From contig JAUCBJ010007763.1 of the NCBI GenBank assembly GCA_032718475.1, positions 1-53,960 on the forward strand: a stretch of DNA of 53,960 bases, read 5' to 3'. A model generated the notes under the pieces. It searched no databases. It was not told the origin of the DNA and was given only the letters and a program-made list of their open reading frames with translations. The translations under genes were made by a program, and so were the position numbers. Of the stretch, positions 13,481 through 24,800 are shown one piece after another. This DNA comes from Nemertoderma westbladi. Lineage: Eukaryota; Animalia; Xenacoelomorpha. How positions within the stretch are numbered: position 1 is the stretch's first letter; each line of letters begins with the position of its first letter.

Positions 13481-14103
13481 ACGGTACATTTTATTGCTTA
13501 TTATGATTACTAACATTTACACTGGTCAAATAAAGTGTGTTCCTTTGCTGATGACACAAGACCAACAAAAGAGTAAATTATCAATTTACTGAATTCCGTT
13601 TAGGTGTGCTCTACGAGTTCTCCTTGGTATGTTAATTTTAACCTTAAAACTATACAAGAATACAAGAATCCAGTGTTTAAATCCTGAAACCCTTTATTTT
13701 TATTAAATTTAGTATGTAGACTTACCCCTTTCGGTAAACTAAAAGTCATGTATATTCAAATATATAGGATAGTTAGTTATTCGTGCAGTTATTAGTGGTT
13801 ATTTGTAGGTAGGATTCATTTTTGATAGAAGGCTAGTTTCTATTAGGTTTTATATTATATATACTTCGCCACAGGTTGTACTGTACCCATTATGGTCTTT
13901 ATATACACAAAATATATATATATACACAAAATATATAAATATACACATAAATATAAGATATTCTTAAATTGGGTACAGTGTAAATTTATCATACAACCGC
14001 ATATTATTTTGCAGCTTGTGTAGTTCATGCCAATATTTGGATCTCCATACTGAATAAAACAATTACAGTCCGGTCTTTGAATTTTCTTTCAGAATAAAAA
14101 CAA

Positions 14104-14700
14104 TTACAGTCCAGTGTTTGAATTTTCTTTCAGAATAAAAGCAATTATATTCCTGGTTACATGCCGAGTGAATAAACACGCTTCATTTTCTGCAAGTCGT
14201 GTAATAAAGTTGCGGTGTAACAGGGTTAGATGTTCTGTTACATAGTAGCCCATTGATTGAAGATTCTTCCAATTCCTCAGAGAGAGTGAACACATGCCGT
14301 GACCTAGGAGTCTTCTCAACAAGGGCTGGGAACGTGGATTACTCCTCAAGTTATTTTGAGCAGGTTTATGTATCCCCAGAAGATGGTAAAAGTCTACCAT
14401 AGTAAATGGGATTTTGAGTGATTCAATTTCAACTACCTCGCACCTCGCAACTACAGCCAAAGCACCCGTCGACTCATCAGCAGACTCGGGAATACCATGA
14501 ACAAACACGTGGGACTTCCTTGTGTATTGAGCCAGTGCGTCATTGGCTAATTTTAATTGTTGATTTTTCAGAATGTAGATTGTCAACCAGTTTAACAAGG
14601 AAAGGAATCCTCACCATCTCTGTGCGTATTGATTCTTGTTTGTTTTTAATATAGGTTGCAATGGTTTCATCAGTTTGACTTTCAATGGTTGATTGTTCCC
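14104..14700 (-). pseudogene. Decayed LINE ORF1 (L1/CR1/L2-type RRM-containing ORF1) remnant
   Basis: Coiled-coil-like segment followed by AQYTRKSHVFVHGIPE (the YxRxxNxxIxGIPE motif) and later YYVTEHLT. The frame is broken by frameshifts. Confidence 0.6.
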
Positions 14701-15360
14701 ATGTTCGCATCATGGTACAGGGTACTGGCCGACTTGAGTTAGGTTGATGTATTGGTTGTACGTAAGTTAAACAATGCTGCACTGTTGGATTGTAGAACAG
14801 TACAGCAGTATAAAGAATATAGTAGTATAGTAAAGTAGTACCGGACCTGTAGGCCTGTCCACCAACGGGCTGAAGCAATTACTGATTTACCATTACAGTG
14901 CAGCAGTCAGCTCAATGCAAATCCCGATAACGAATGGCTACCTGATTGATTGTTTTGCTCTGTAATTTTTGAGAGATACTGCACTGCCATGGCAAATCTT
15001 GGTGATCGTATTGGCACAGTCATGGACAAACTTGGTCATAGACGTTATGTTGAAACTCTTCCTCTAATGGTCCTAAGTACAGACGAAGTGGTCGCTAATT
15101 GAAACGTTTTATAGCCATCCCAGTTGTCAGTCCTAAACCACAAACCATACCGAGATCTTCAGAAGAAAATGTTTGTTTTTGATGAAGAAGTAACTATATT
15201 CCCTGTTCCAAGACGATCCCCGACATTTCCAGACATACTTTAAAATTTATCTTTGAAATTTAAATCATTTGTGAACCACCAAAATAGTAAGTGATGATAT
15301 CCGCAAAGCATTTAAATACATTAAAAATGTAAAAAAAATAAGATAATTCAGTGCAATTAC

Positions 15361-15400
15361 CAGAAGAAACTCCATTACTCATTTAGCTACCATTTAAGGC
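15361..15400 (-). mobile_element. SINE core fragment
   Basis: GAAACTCCATTACTCATTTAGCTACCATTTAAGG matches 40139-40172 of the SINE at 40095-40312. Confidence 0.6.
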
Positions 15401-15625
15401 CTCCATGGATTTAACCACGACTCTTAGGTGGACTTCCTATGTGACTTTCTGTAGTTAGGCTTTGCTACTTCACCCAGATTACAGGTAATCAGATTACAGG
15501 TAATACTAATGTTATCGATACGCTGTGCATATTTTTACTTTAGTTTGTTTCTCATGTTGTAGTTGAACAATATAATACTGGTTCATCCCGGGGTATTTAT
15601 TGAAATGAAATGATATAGTCATATA

Positions 15626-16357
15626 TAGATAGATAGATTTATTTAGATAGATTTATACATTATGTAAAAACAATAAAAAAATACACCTAACAATGTACTG
15701 GTATAAAGGTATTGTCCAACATAACATATATGATTACCCCTAAAGCTTTGCAGCTTATTTCCAAGGGGGTCCTTTATGTTACTTGGTTACAAATACAATA
15801 TTACACTACGCTAACCTAAAACCAATATAAAACGTAACTACACTATGTACATGTACAACTTTACCGAGAGCGTGACAATGTCCGACTCAACGATAAAGAT
15901 AAAGATAAAGATGTACAGAACAATTTATTATAAAACGTAATTATAGTATAAATAGTAAATAATTAATAAACTAATAACTTACTGTAGGACTATTGTACCT
16001 ATTTTTACATTGCACACGGAGGTGAGATTTTACTGCAGATTTAAAAGAATGTTGATTATTTAGGTTTTTAATTTCATTAGGCAGAGTGTTCCAATTTTTA
16101 ATGCCGTTAAAAAAGAAAGTATCAGATTCAAAGGATTTACAATTCGGGAGGTAGAAGTTTGAAGCACTAGCTCTGGTACTGTAAGAGTATTATGTATCGC
16201 GTACTCTGTTGAATTTTTGTTTTAGGTAATTGGGACATTTACCATTATACACTTTATGCACATGGTTAAGGCGTAGCTGCTTAACTCTAATATCTAAGTT
16301 AAGTAAGTAGTCCAGATTCAGAAAAGTCATCTGGAGTTAGGTGGTGCCTAGGTTTGT
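15626..16357 (-). mobile_element. 3' end of a Crack/L2-type LINE, interrupted by the BEL element and continuing at 33510-33540
   Basis: The minus strand encodes ...RVKQLRLNHVHKVYNGKCPNYL...YSTRAS...FFFNGIKNWNTLPNEIK.... The 3' UTR has the motif AGGACCCCCTTGGAAATAAGC and an AATAAA(TCTA)n tail. Removing the BEL element restores KVVRFIKDYKPRHH across the TSD. Confidence 0.8.
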
Positions 16358-17533
16358 TGTAAAGGCTTTTGCATAATTAGCCGGTTATTTTCCCCGTAAA
16401 GTACTCTGTAGTTGGTTTAACAGGCATAAAAGGCCGTGTCCTTACTGTACTGTTGTTTTAGAGGACATAAAAGCCATTTCTTCTGTATGTGTACTTTAGC
16501 GGACATGATTAGCAATTTTATGACGCAATGCGCCAAATCCTCTGTAAACAGTGTAGCTACCATGACGACGGCTAACAGCTGATGCTGTATAGGTGGACCT
16601 TTTCTTTGTTCTCTGTTCCTTCTTTGTTCGGTCGACCAATCAGAGCGTTTTTTGCCTCTGTGTTAGAGATTGTATATAGAAACTCGTGGAGTTGAGTCAG
16701 TATGTGATTTTGTCCACAGCCTACAACATTGGCTTTGGAACCTCCGTGTTTCAGTCTTTAGTCCAACATTAGTAGGCTTAATTATAGAACGTATATCCAT
16801 TAGCTCACTCACTTAACATATCTCATACCAATTCTGCATTCATAACCATTCATACCTTAAACTTTGTACTGCTATTTACTGTCGGTTATTCATTATATTT
16901 GTTGATGGAATATTATATTTGGAATACTGATAAATAGTCAGACACCCCAATCTTCTTGATATACTAAAGGTTAGAGAGACCGGATACATATAACGATTGC
17001 GACTTACATTATTAAGTGGTTTGAAGTGAATCTAATGCTATTTTATAGGCCCTACACGTATTGTCTGTTGTTCTCCTTATATGTGACTAAAATTAGTGAA
17101 GGTCGGCAGATTGGTGTGCAGCATTGTGCAGTATTGTGTATGATCGTGATTGATAATGAAGCATCTCCTAAAGAATGCGCCATATACGTGAATCTATAGC
17201 CATCCCGTTGTGTCTAGTTTAAGTCATAACTCTGTTTATATATTTAAAGCGCCACGTCCTAAAGGAACTGTTAATATTTCCCGAAAGTGAATAATATTTG
17301 TCAGAGATTATATATATTACGATCAGTCGAATAATACAGTAGGCCTACCCTGCAATATGGTTAGGCTTCCGAATCCAGTCTCCCGGGTATATCCAGCGGG
17401 TGAATGATCGCGTATAGACTGGTTTCGGCTAATGTAGTGTATCAAATACTTGTCATAGGCTAAAGACTATCTATCATCTAAAAGACATCCCAATTTGGCA
17501 GGTTAAACTGCTAAAGGTCTGAAAGCGCGAACA
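16358..17533 (+). repeat. 5' LTR (1176 bp)
   Basis: TGTAAAGG...GCGCGAACA. It differs from the 3' LTR by ~14 substitutions and one 3-bp indel (counted by eye). Confidence 0.97.
16636..16702 (+). promoter_or_regulatory. Putative LTR Pol II promoter (CCAAT, TATA, initiator)
   Basis: CCAAT at 16636, TATATAGA at 16673 and a TCAGT initiator at 16697. The spacing fits a transcription start near 16699. Confidence 0.55.
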
Positions 17534-17534
17534 A

Positions 17535-17545
17535 TAACGGATATA
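17535..17545 (+). promoter_or_regulatory. Non-tRNA primer-binding site complementary to the element's own LTR
   Basis: TAACGGATATA starts 1 nt after the LTR and lacks TGG. It is the exact reverse complement of TATATCCGTTA at 32771-32781 (the 5' LTR equivalent at 16792-16802 has one G>A change). Confidence 0.7.
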
Positions 17546-17812
17546 GCTTCTGTATTGCAGTAGGCAATAAAGCTGAAGTACCGGCCAACCGGTACCCAGT
17601 AGGCCTGACTACCTAACCACCCGGACCGGTACCTACAGCAGTACAGGTACAGTAGTATTATTCGATTTTGATTATTATATACCAGTAGGTCTTAATAATT
17701 AATCGGGGACGCCTGGTTTTTATTGGGATTTTACTTGGGCCTATTTCTGTCAGTTTTATTTATTTGTAGGCTAATATTGAGCAGAAGGCGTGTAAGCCTG
17801 CTCAGATTGTAC

Positions 17813-18392
17813 AGATAATTTGTAGGCTGGACTGTTGTCTGACTGTTGTTAGGACTGAAGGGACTGTAGTGTGTGTAGAGCATATGTCCGAAAAAGTACT
17901 AGTTAGGAAAGTAGGGGCTGCCAGTGCTGTGAGGTGAACCCTCTCGAAAGAATAAGTCGTACTACTCGGTTAGAACGCATACTAACTAACCATTTCGGAG
18001 TCTGCATATACTGTAGTTTATTTAGGCTTGATAGTAGTCTGCCAGCGTTTGGTCTGTACTTTGTTTGTATAGTTTGTACGGGTAGCGTAATATTTCTTAC
18101 TTAGATAATTTGTAGGCTGGATAGTTGTCTGCCTGTTGTTAGGTCTTAAGAGATTTCGGTGTTTGTAGAGTGTATGTCCGATAAAGTGCCAGTTGGGAAC
18201 GTAGGGGCTTCCAGAGCTGTGAGGTAAACCCCCTCGAAAGAATAAGTCGTACTACTGGGTTAGAACGCATACTAACTAACCATTTCGGAGTCTGCATATA
18301 CCGTAGTTTGTTTAGGCTTGATAGTAGTCTGTCAGTATTTGGTCTGCATTTTGTTTGAGTAGTCTGTACGCGTAGTGTAATATTTATTATTC
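17813..18392 (+). repeat. 290-bp tandem duplication in the 5' leader of the BEL element
   Basis: AGATAATTTGTAGGCTGGA starts at 17813 and 18103. The copies share the block CTCGAAAGAATAAGTCGTACTACT...TCGGAGTCTGCATATAC. Confidence 0.9.
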
Positions 18393-19333
18393 AGAGTTTA
18401 TGCGATTATTCGCAACATTCATATCCCCAAGTTTATTCCTACAGTAATTGTGCTTGTTATATATACCGTTATAGTTAAACTAACCCCGGTACTACATCAG
18501 GGCTGCTTGGCGTAGGGAAAGACTGGAGATTTTGTGCTTTGGTCACTCTGGCAGATACCGTGGTTCTTTTAGCTGTTCAAGTATTTTAACTACTAATTAT
18601 TTGTTGTATAAGTACTTGTACCTAATTTAGGGTTTAGTGCACAGTACTTTCCGAAGGTGATTAGTGTGTAGGCAGTATATTTGTGTTGTAAAGTGGTTAA
18701 TAGGCACGTTGGTTCTGGTAGACCGCGGTAATTAACTTCTAGGTAGGAACACTCCGTGATACATAACGTAGTACTTATAGCGATACGGCTATAAGTCGTC
18801 AGACGGTGGTATTTTCCTATCTGGACAACGCAGTATATTTACTACTACTTATTATTTTCAAATACCGTAGTACCCTGTCCTTTGTAATAACCAGATATTC
18901 TAACCCTTTGTTAGGCTGGTTAGTAGACTTCTTGTAAAATTACCCTAAAAATTCGTACTTGTAAATTTTTGTGTTTATTTAGAGATTGTAATCTCACCCC
19001 GAATTGTATGTAATTTGTAGTATTAAGTAACTTAGGTAAATTAGAATTATTTGTTTTAGTGTCCAACAAGTAGCACTTCACTGAGAGCGCACAGCTTCTG
19101 TGTAGTGACTTCTCCAGAAATAATAACATTTATTTCAAATATTGACAAAAACCCATTTTAACGGGTATATATATTATAAATCAACTCAAACCGATTTATA
19201 AAATAGTAGGCCTGTCATACAACAATTAGGTCTAACTATCAGTTGGACTACTGCTTAAATAACGGTAATAAAGTAAGTTAAAGTAACCAAGTAACCCTAA
19301 AATTCAGAAATTCAGTTATTCTAAAATAATTGA

Positions 19334-19585
19334 CATACCGGTATTTACAATAGGCTTATTATATTTATTTCTATAAATTTTAGGCTGAAATTATACCGGT
19401 ATTCTGTAATTAATTCTAGTTCATAATTATACTTATATATACTATAAGTGTAAGCTGCATACCGGTATTCACGATAGGCCTATTATATATTTATATATAT
19501 TTGTGCTGAAATTACCTACCGGTATTCTGTGACAAACCTAGTCTGTAATAATACTTATATATACTATAAGCATACCGGTATTCTA
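19334..19585 (+). repeat. ~120-bp degenerate tandem duplication in the leader
   Basis: CATACCGGTATT...CTGAAATTA...ATACTTATATATACTATAAG repeats from 19334 and 19458, with a partial copy at 19571. Confidence 0.75.
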
Positions 19586-19719
19586 ATATATTATATATAT
19601 ATATCACGCTACACTGAGTAGCAGTATCGGTAATTAATTACTAGGCTAACAGTGATACTGAATTACTAGACTTGCTTAAACTGTAATAGAGCAGTAGGCA
19701 TTCAACTGTACAAACAAAC

Positions 19720-21819
19720 ATGTCTGACACTAAGCAAAACCTGTCGGACAGTCTCCTAGATACAACCATCTGTGACCCAGACAGGAGTGTGGAACGTGAG
19801 AGACCGAAGTTCAATTCACCTCCTACTGTAAGAAAGATCATCCCTCCAGCAGTAATATCAGACCCTAGGCTGGTCCAACACCGTAGGTCTATCATAGGCA
19901 CTCGAGCTCAGGTCAAGCGGGACCAAGAAGCAGCGGAACCGCAACAACCCGCGAGCCAAGAACTTATTTCTCAACGGCCCGACAGCTCCAGTAGTGCGGA
20001 TACTGTAGAGCTGACACCCGAACACGGAGCAAAGATGACAGATGCGGTTTATTCGGACCCCCTTCTCATCCTTCCTGCAGCCGTACTCACTAGGTTATTG
20101 ATTGCGGTGGAAGAACACCAGATCGATTGGGCGAGAAATAAGCGATCGACTAAAGATAGTTATGCGGGATACACAAGGGAAGAACTGAAGTCTATTGTCA
20201 AGTCGCAATGGAACTTCCCCGGACCCGGACTCCCGTTTGATTTATCAGAAGCTGCCTGGGAAGACATACACAGGATGGGAGTAACCAAGGAAACCATCGA
20301 TCCAGCTGTGTGGAAGAGGTCCGCAGCCGGATACGCACAGGGATTCTTCAGCTCTATGGAGCGATTAAAAGAACAACTGTTTCAACAACCCCAAGGACCT
20401 CAAGAGCAGGGACAGCTGCTTTATCAAGTTAGAGAAAGAATTCTACGAATCAGGCTAATCTTATCGGCCTTTGAGGAGGCTTCTAAAAGAAGACAAGACA
20501 CGTCGTTGCAAGTTGCCGTAAAGACTTGGTTTCAACGGGTGAGTCTCCAGGTTCAAGGAACGGCTCAGTGGAAAGCTCAGCTGGAGGAGCGCTCAACCCA
20601 TGGAGAATCAACAGACGCTACTTTTTCCCAAGTGGAAAGTGAAGCGACGGCAGAGAAACCGCATAAGAGGGATGCCATTGACATCTATCTGTCAGACTAT
20701 CAGCGCTTTTTAGGAGATGAAGAGTTGAGGAGAAGGTTAGATGGACTTAGCCCTAATAGTGAAGGAACCCAGCGTGTGTTGGACGCCATCGATGTGGATA
20801 TGAGAGCTGCGAACCAAGCTAGATTTGATGAACGCCTTCGCATCACTAGAGTCCAAGAAGAACAAGTGAAGAAAAAACGTATAGAAGACAGAAAGGCAGT
20901 GGCAGTGGCAGCAGCAGTGGCAGCTGCAGAAGCAGAAAGAAAAGTGGCAGTAGCAGCGGCAGAGGCAGAGGCGGAAAGAAAAGCGGCAGCGGCAGAAGCG
21001 GAAAGAAAGGCGGCAGTGGCAGCGGCCGAAGCAGAAAGAAAAGCGGCAGAGGCAGTGGCAGAAGCAGAACGGAGAGCGGCTGAAGAAACCACCCAATTAG
21101 AATTGGAAAACATTCAGGAGAATCAAGACTGCATAAATAAACAGTTAACAGCTAGTAATATGCAGATGATGAATCGATCTACTCCCAAAAGACAGGGATA
21201 TACATCATCTGAGGAAGGCGATACCACCGATACTGAAGGCAAAGGAAATAGATCTCGTCTAAGCAGACGTAGAAGAACATCCCACCGTCAGAAATTGCCT
21301 GATTTGCCTCCAGCTGTTAGAAGGCAACTAAATAACACAAACTTAGGTAGTACAGAACCCACAGACCAAATAATTAAAATAGAAAGACTCCCTACTATAG
21401 TAGATGAGCCTGAAATAATTAGGCCTGTTCCCGAAGCCACCCCTTCGGTGGTAGAGACACCTGTACTCCCTGAACCTACCTCTAAATTCCCTCTGCACAG
21501 CACTAAGCTACCTGTGCCCAGCAGAACAGCCCATGAGACAATCCATGTCCTGGACTCCGAGCGAAATATTAATGATTTGTCGCCCGTTGTCCCTCGTCCG
21601 CCCGCTACAACGTTGGCGGCTCCCGCTTCGGCGGTCGAGTGGGTGGATGAGAGACGACGGGGGATGGATCTCCTGCTCGGGCAGATGCAGGAGACCGTTC
21701 AGCAATTCAAGGGCACAGTAAGGGAAAGTAGGTTAGAGTTGCAAGAAGTGCAGCAAAGTATCGCGTTAGAACGCGATAAATTAGTAAATACACAAAAGGG
21801 TATACCACCACCCCGGTAA
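19720..21819 (+). CDS. BEL ORF1 / long N-terminal Gag extension with an Ala/Glu-rich coiled-coil repeat (699 aa)
   Basis: Open for 699 codons inside the element and contains (AAAEAERK)n repeats. It abuts gag-pol, which is in the -1 frame. Confidence 0.8.
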   Translation: MSDTKQNLSDSLLDTTICDPDRSVERERPKFNSPPTVRKIIPPAVISDPRLVQHRRSIIGTRAQVKRDQEAAEPQQPASQELISQRPDSSSSADTVELTPEHGAKMTDAVYSDPLLILPAAVLTRLLIAVEEHQIDWARNKRSTKDSYAGYTREELKSIVKSQWNFPGPGLPFDLSEAAWEDIHRMGVTKETIDPAVWKRSAAGYAQGFFSSMERLKEQLFQQPQGPQEQGQLLYQVRERILRIRLILSAFEEASKRRQDTSLQVAVKTWFQRVSLQVQGTAQWKAQLEERSTHGESTDATFSQVESEATAEKPHKRDAIDIYLSDYQRFLGDEELRRRLDGLSPNSEGTQRVLDAIDVDMRAANQARFDERLRITRVQEEQVKKKRIEDRKAVAVAAAVAAAEAERKVAVAAAEAEAERKAAAAEAERKAAVAAAEAERKAAEAVAEAERRAAEETTQLELENIQENQDCINKQLTASNMQMMNRSTPKRQGYTSSEEGDTTDTEGKGNRSRLSRRRRTSHRQKLPDLPPAVRRQLNNTNLGSTEPTDQIIKIERLPTIVDEPEIIRPVPEATPSVVETPVLPEPTSKFPLHSTKLPVPSRTAHETIHVLDSERNINDLSPVVPRPPATTLAAPASAVEWVDERRRGMDLLLGQMQETVQQFKGTVRESRLELQEVQQSIALERDKLVNTQKGIPPPR

Positions 21820-21821
21820 CA

Positions 21822-24800
21822 ATGTGTCAACCTGTTAGGTCTGAAGTATCTCATGCGCAAGGTGTGGAGCCTACACGCATATATACTGCTAGCGAAGTAG
21901 AAACTCCTATAGTGAACCCTATTAAGGGTAATTATAGACCTGTTGATAATGATATTCCCTATAGACCTGATCATAATCCGAGAAATTTATATACCGATAA
22001 CTCGATATTAAATAACACGATGGCCCAAGAAAGTTTTACGCGTCAAATGGCTAGAACCGAAGCCCGGCAAGCGGTAAAGGTGGGAGAGATCGTCAAGTTC
22101 AATGGAGATGAGATGAAATGGTTACCTTTTAATGAATATTACAAAGATAACATACAGAACTCTGTACTATCTAATGGAGAGAAACTTAGATTCCTCATCG
22201 AGTGCTTGGAAGGATCTCCCAAGTTAATGGCGTTAAAGTTTATTGGACATCCAGATGGATTAAGACAAGTTTGGGATACACTAAACATCAGGTATGGTAA
22301 TAGGAATAACATAGCTAAATATTTGTATGCAAAATTAGTAGCGCCCCGAAAGTTCATTAGCAGCGGGATAATAGAGTTTTCCGATGAGATTCAGGAGATC
22401 TGTAGACAATTAGATTGGTTAGGTAAGTCTCATGAATATCAGAGTTCTATGGTTATTGGAGCCGTGGCCTCTACTTTACCGAAGGGTGGAGTAGGTACAC
22501 GCTGGGATAAGAAAGTGTTATATATGATGGAACAACAACGACGAGACCCTACCATGGCTGATCTCATGTCATTCTTAGATGGAGAAGTGAAATTACAGCT
22601 CCTAAAACAGTCCAGAGAGAAGACACCGGAAAACAAGGTAAGTGAGAAACCCGTTTCTAGGAGAAAGGTAACACCAGTGTGTTATACAGACGACGGCGAA
22701 AGCCAGACTTCTCAAGGAGAGGATAGCGGGAAAGACACTGAAAGATCTTATTATGTCAATAAAATGCCTAAAGAACAGGTAAGTAAATTCAAGTCTCGAA
22801 CCAATGACAGGAGAGAACAGGTAAGAAAAACTCCTCCTACGTCTCCTAAGAGAATTCAGGTGAGAAAGCCCGAAGAAAGAACGAGTGTGCACAATGTTAT
22901 TCAAAATAAGGTAAGTAACATCAAACCGAAATGTGCGCTATGTGACGGGACCCACCGTTTGAATATGTGTGATGAATTCCTGAAGAAATCATTAGCGGAG
23001 AGACGGGAAGTCATGTGGGATAAGCAGTTGTGTTATAATTGCCTCAGACAAGGACACCAACGGCGAACCTGTTACTCCGACACAAGGTGTGCAAAGTGCG
23101 GTGCGAAACATCATATCTTGTTGCACACTGAATTTGAGCGGAACAGCCAGAGTCAGGTAAGTGATTCCGAACTACATATCCAATTCAGTGATGTGAACGA
23201 CACTGACCAAAGTTCTGAGATGGAAGGATTCTATACAGATGAATTCTCCGACGAAGGTGAATCCTGTTACATGATAAATACCGCAGTGTATCGAGCACTT
23301 ACATATGAAAAAGACACAGACAGCGACCTCACCCTAACTACTTCTGATCGACAACCATCTTGGAAAGCGCCACCTTCCAATGTAGGAAGCCGAGAATTTC
23401 CTGTAGTACAGGTAAGGGTCCACGGACCTAAAAGGAGTTATGTAGTGAACGCCCTCCTTGACTCCGGTAGTACAGGAACATTCATCGACAAAGAACTAGC
23501 CGAAGACATCTTTGCTGGACAACCCAAGTTCCAAACTAAGCTAAACATGTCAGGAATTATGCAGGTTTGGAAATCTACAGTAATAGCGGATTATTATGTA
23601 GGTGCGTTGTCCACCCCCCAGGATGAACTAGGAGAACATAGTATAAGGTCAGTAAAAATGGTGGCGATAAAGAACTTCGCTACCAACCAAGTGGAACCTT
23701 ATAACTGGGATGAGGACGATTTCACCCAGCAGCTGGAAATACCTAGATCCAAAACCGATTACCCTGGAGTGCAAATACTCATCGGTCAAAACGCACATGA
23801 AGCGCTTGAGACATTGGAGAAACGGCCCGCTCAACCGCAACCACTACAAGCTTATGTGGGAAGAACTAGAGTGGGTTGGTACTTTACTGGCCCTTCCCGT
23901 AGAACTCTCATGGAAAGATTGCCGAAAGATCAGGTATATCAAGTAAGAGAATGGGAAGATGAGAGCAGTGAGTTAGACGATCCAACTGAGGGAAGACCAT
24001 ACTCCTCAGATAATGACGATGTCCACCAACTTTTTGACGAGGAGAATGCCATTGATCTCCTTAAGGAAAACGAGACTTGGCAAACCCAAGTGAACTTATG
24101 TCAGCTCCTTCTTCCATCAGAGCGAGACAACTATAACGACGAACTTAATGACGTCATTGAACGTTATAATGCCAAGACTCGGGATGAACACGCCGTACGA
24201 TTCTTTACTCAAGAGGCTGTAGAGCCCAATTCCTACGATAAGGCCCTATCGGTAGAGGAAGAAAGAGCCAAGCAGATCCAAGAGACAACTACACGTTTTC
24301 TTAAAGATCAAGGTAGATATGAGATCGGTCTACCTTTCCGAAAGCGAGAACCAAAGTTCGTAAACAACAGACCCTTGGCGGAGAAAAGAATTGCTCAACT
24401 ACATCGACGCCTTACGGCAAATTCTTCAGCTAAAGAAATGTATCAAACGCAGTTGAAGAAATTTATTAGCAAGGGATATGCGGAGCTAGTACCGGAAGAA
24501 ACACCTATAACTGAGAGAACGTATTATTTAACTCACCATTACGTTCCCAAACCCGGTAAACCCCATGAAGTACGAGTGGTGTTTGACGGCTCCGCCCTCC
24601 ATATGGGCCAATCCCTTAATTCCGAATTGTTACCCGGACCCAACTTACTCCAATCCTTGTTGGGAATACTCCTAAGATTAAGACAATATTCAATTGCTTT
24701 CGCCTCAGATATAGAAGGCATGTTCTTACAAGTCAAGGCGCTGGATAGGGATCGAGATAGCCTACGATTTCTGTGGTGGCCTGAAGGAGACCTCAACCAG

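Noticed and set aside
8710-13516. Many long overlapping minus-strand ORFs (up to 649 aa, HVHPSIIYPG repeats)
   Set aside because: Artefact of a 37-bp unit that lacks stops on one strand. All three frames give the same permuted peptide.
17300-17550. Group I intron-like R and S motifs (TCAGAGATTATA, GGATATAGC) and an HDV-like GGCTAATG in the LTR
   Set aside because: I could not build consistent P3/P7/P8 or P1/P2/P3 pairings. The S-like motif is better explained as the PBS.
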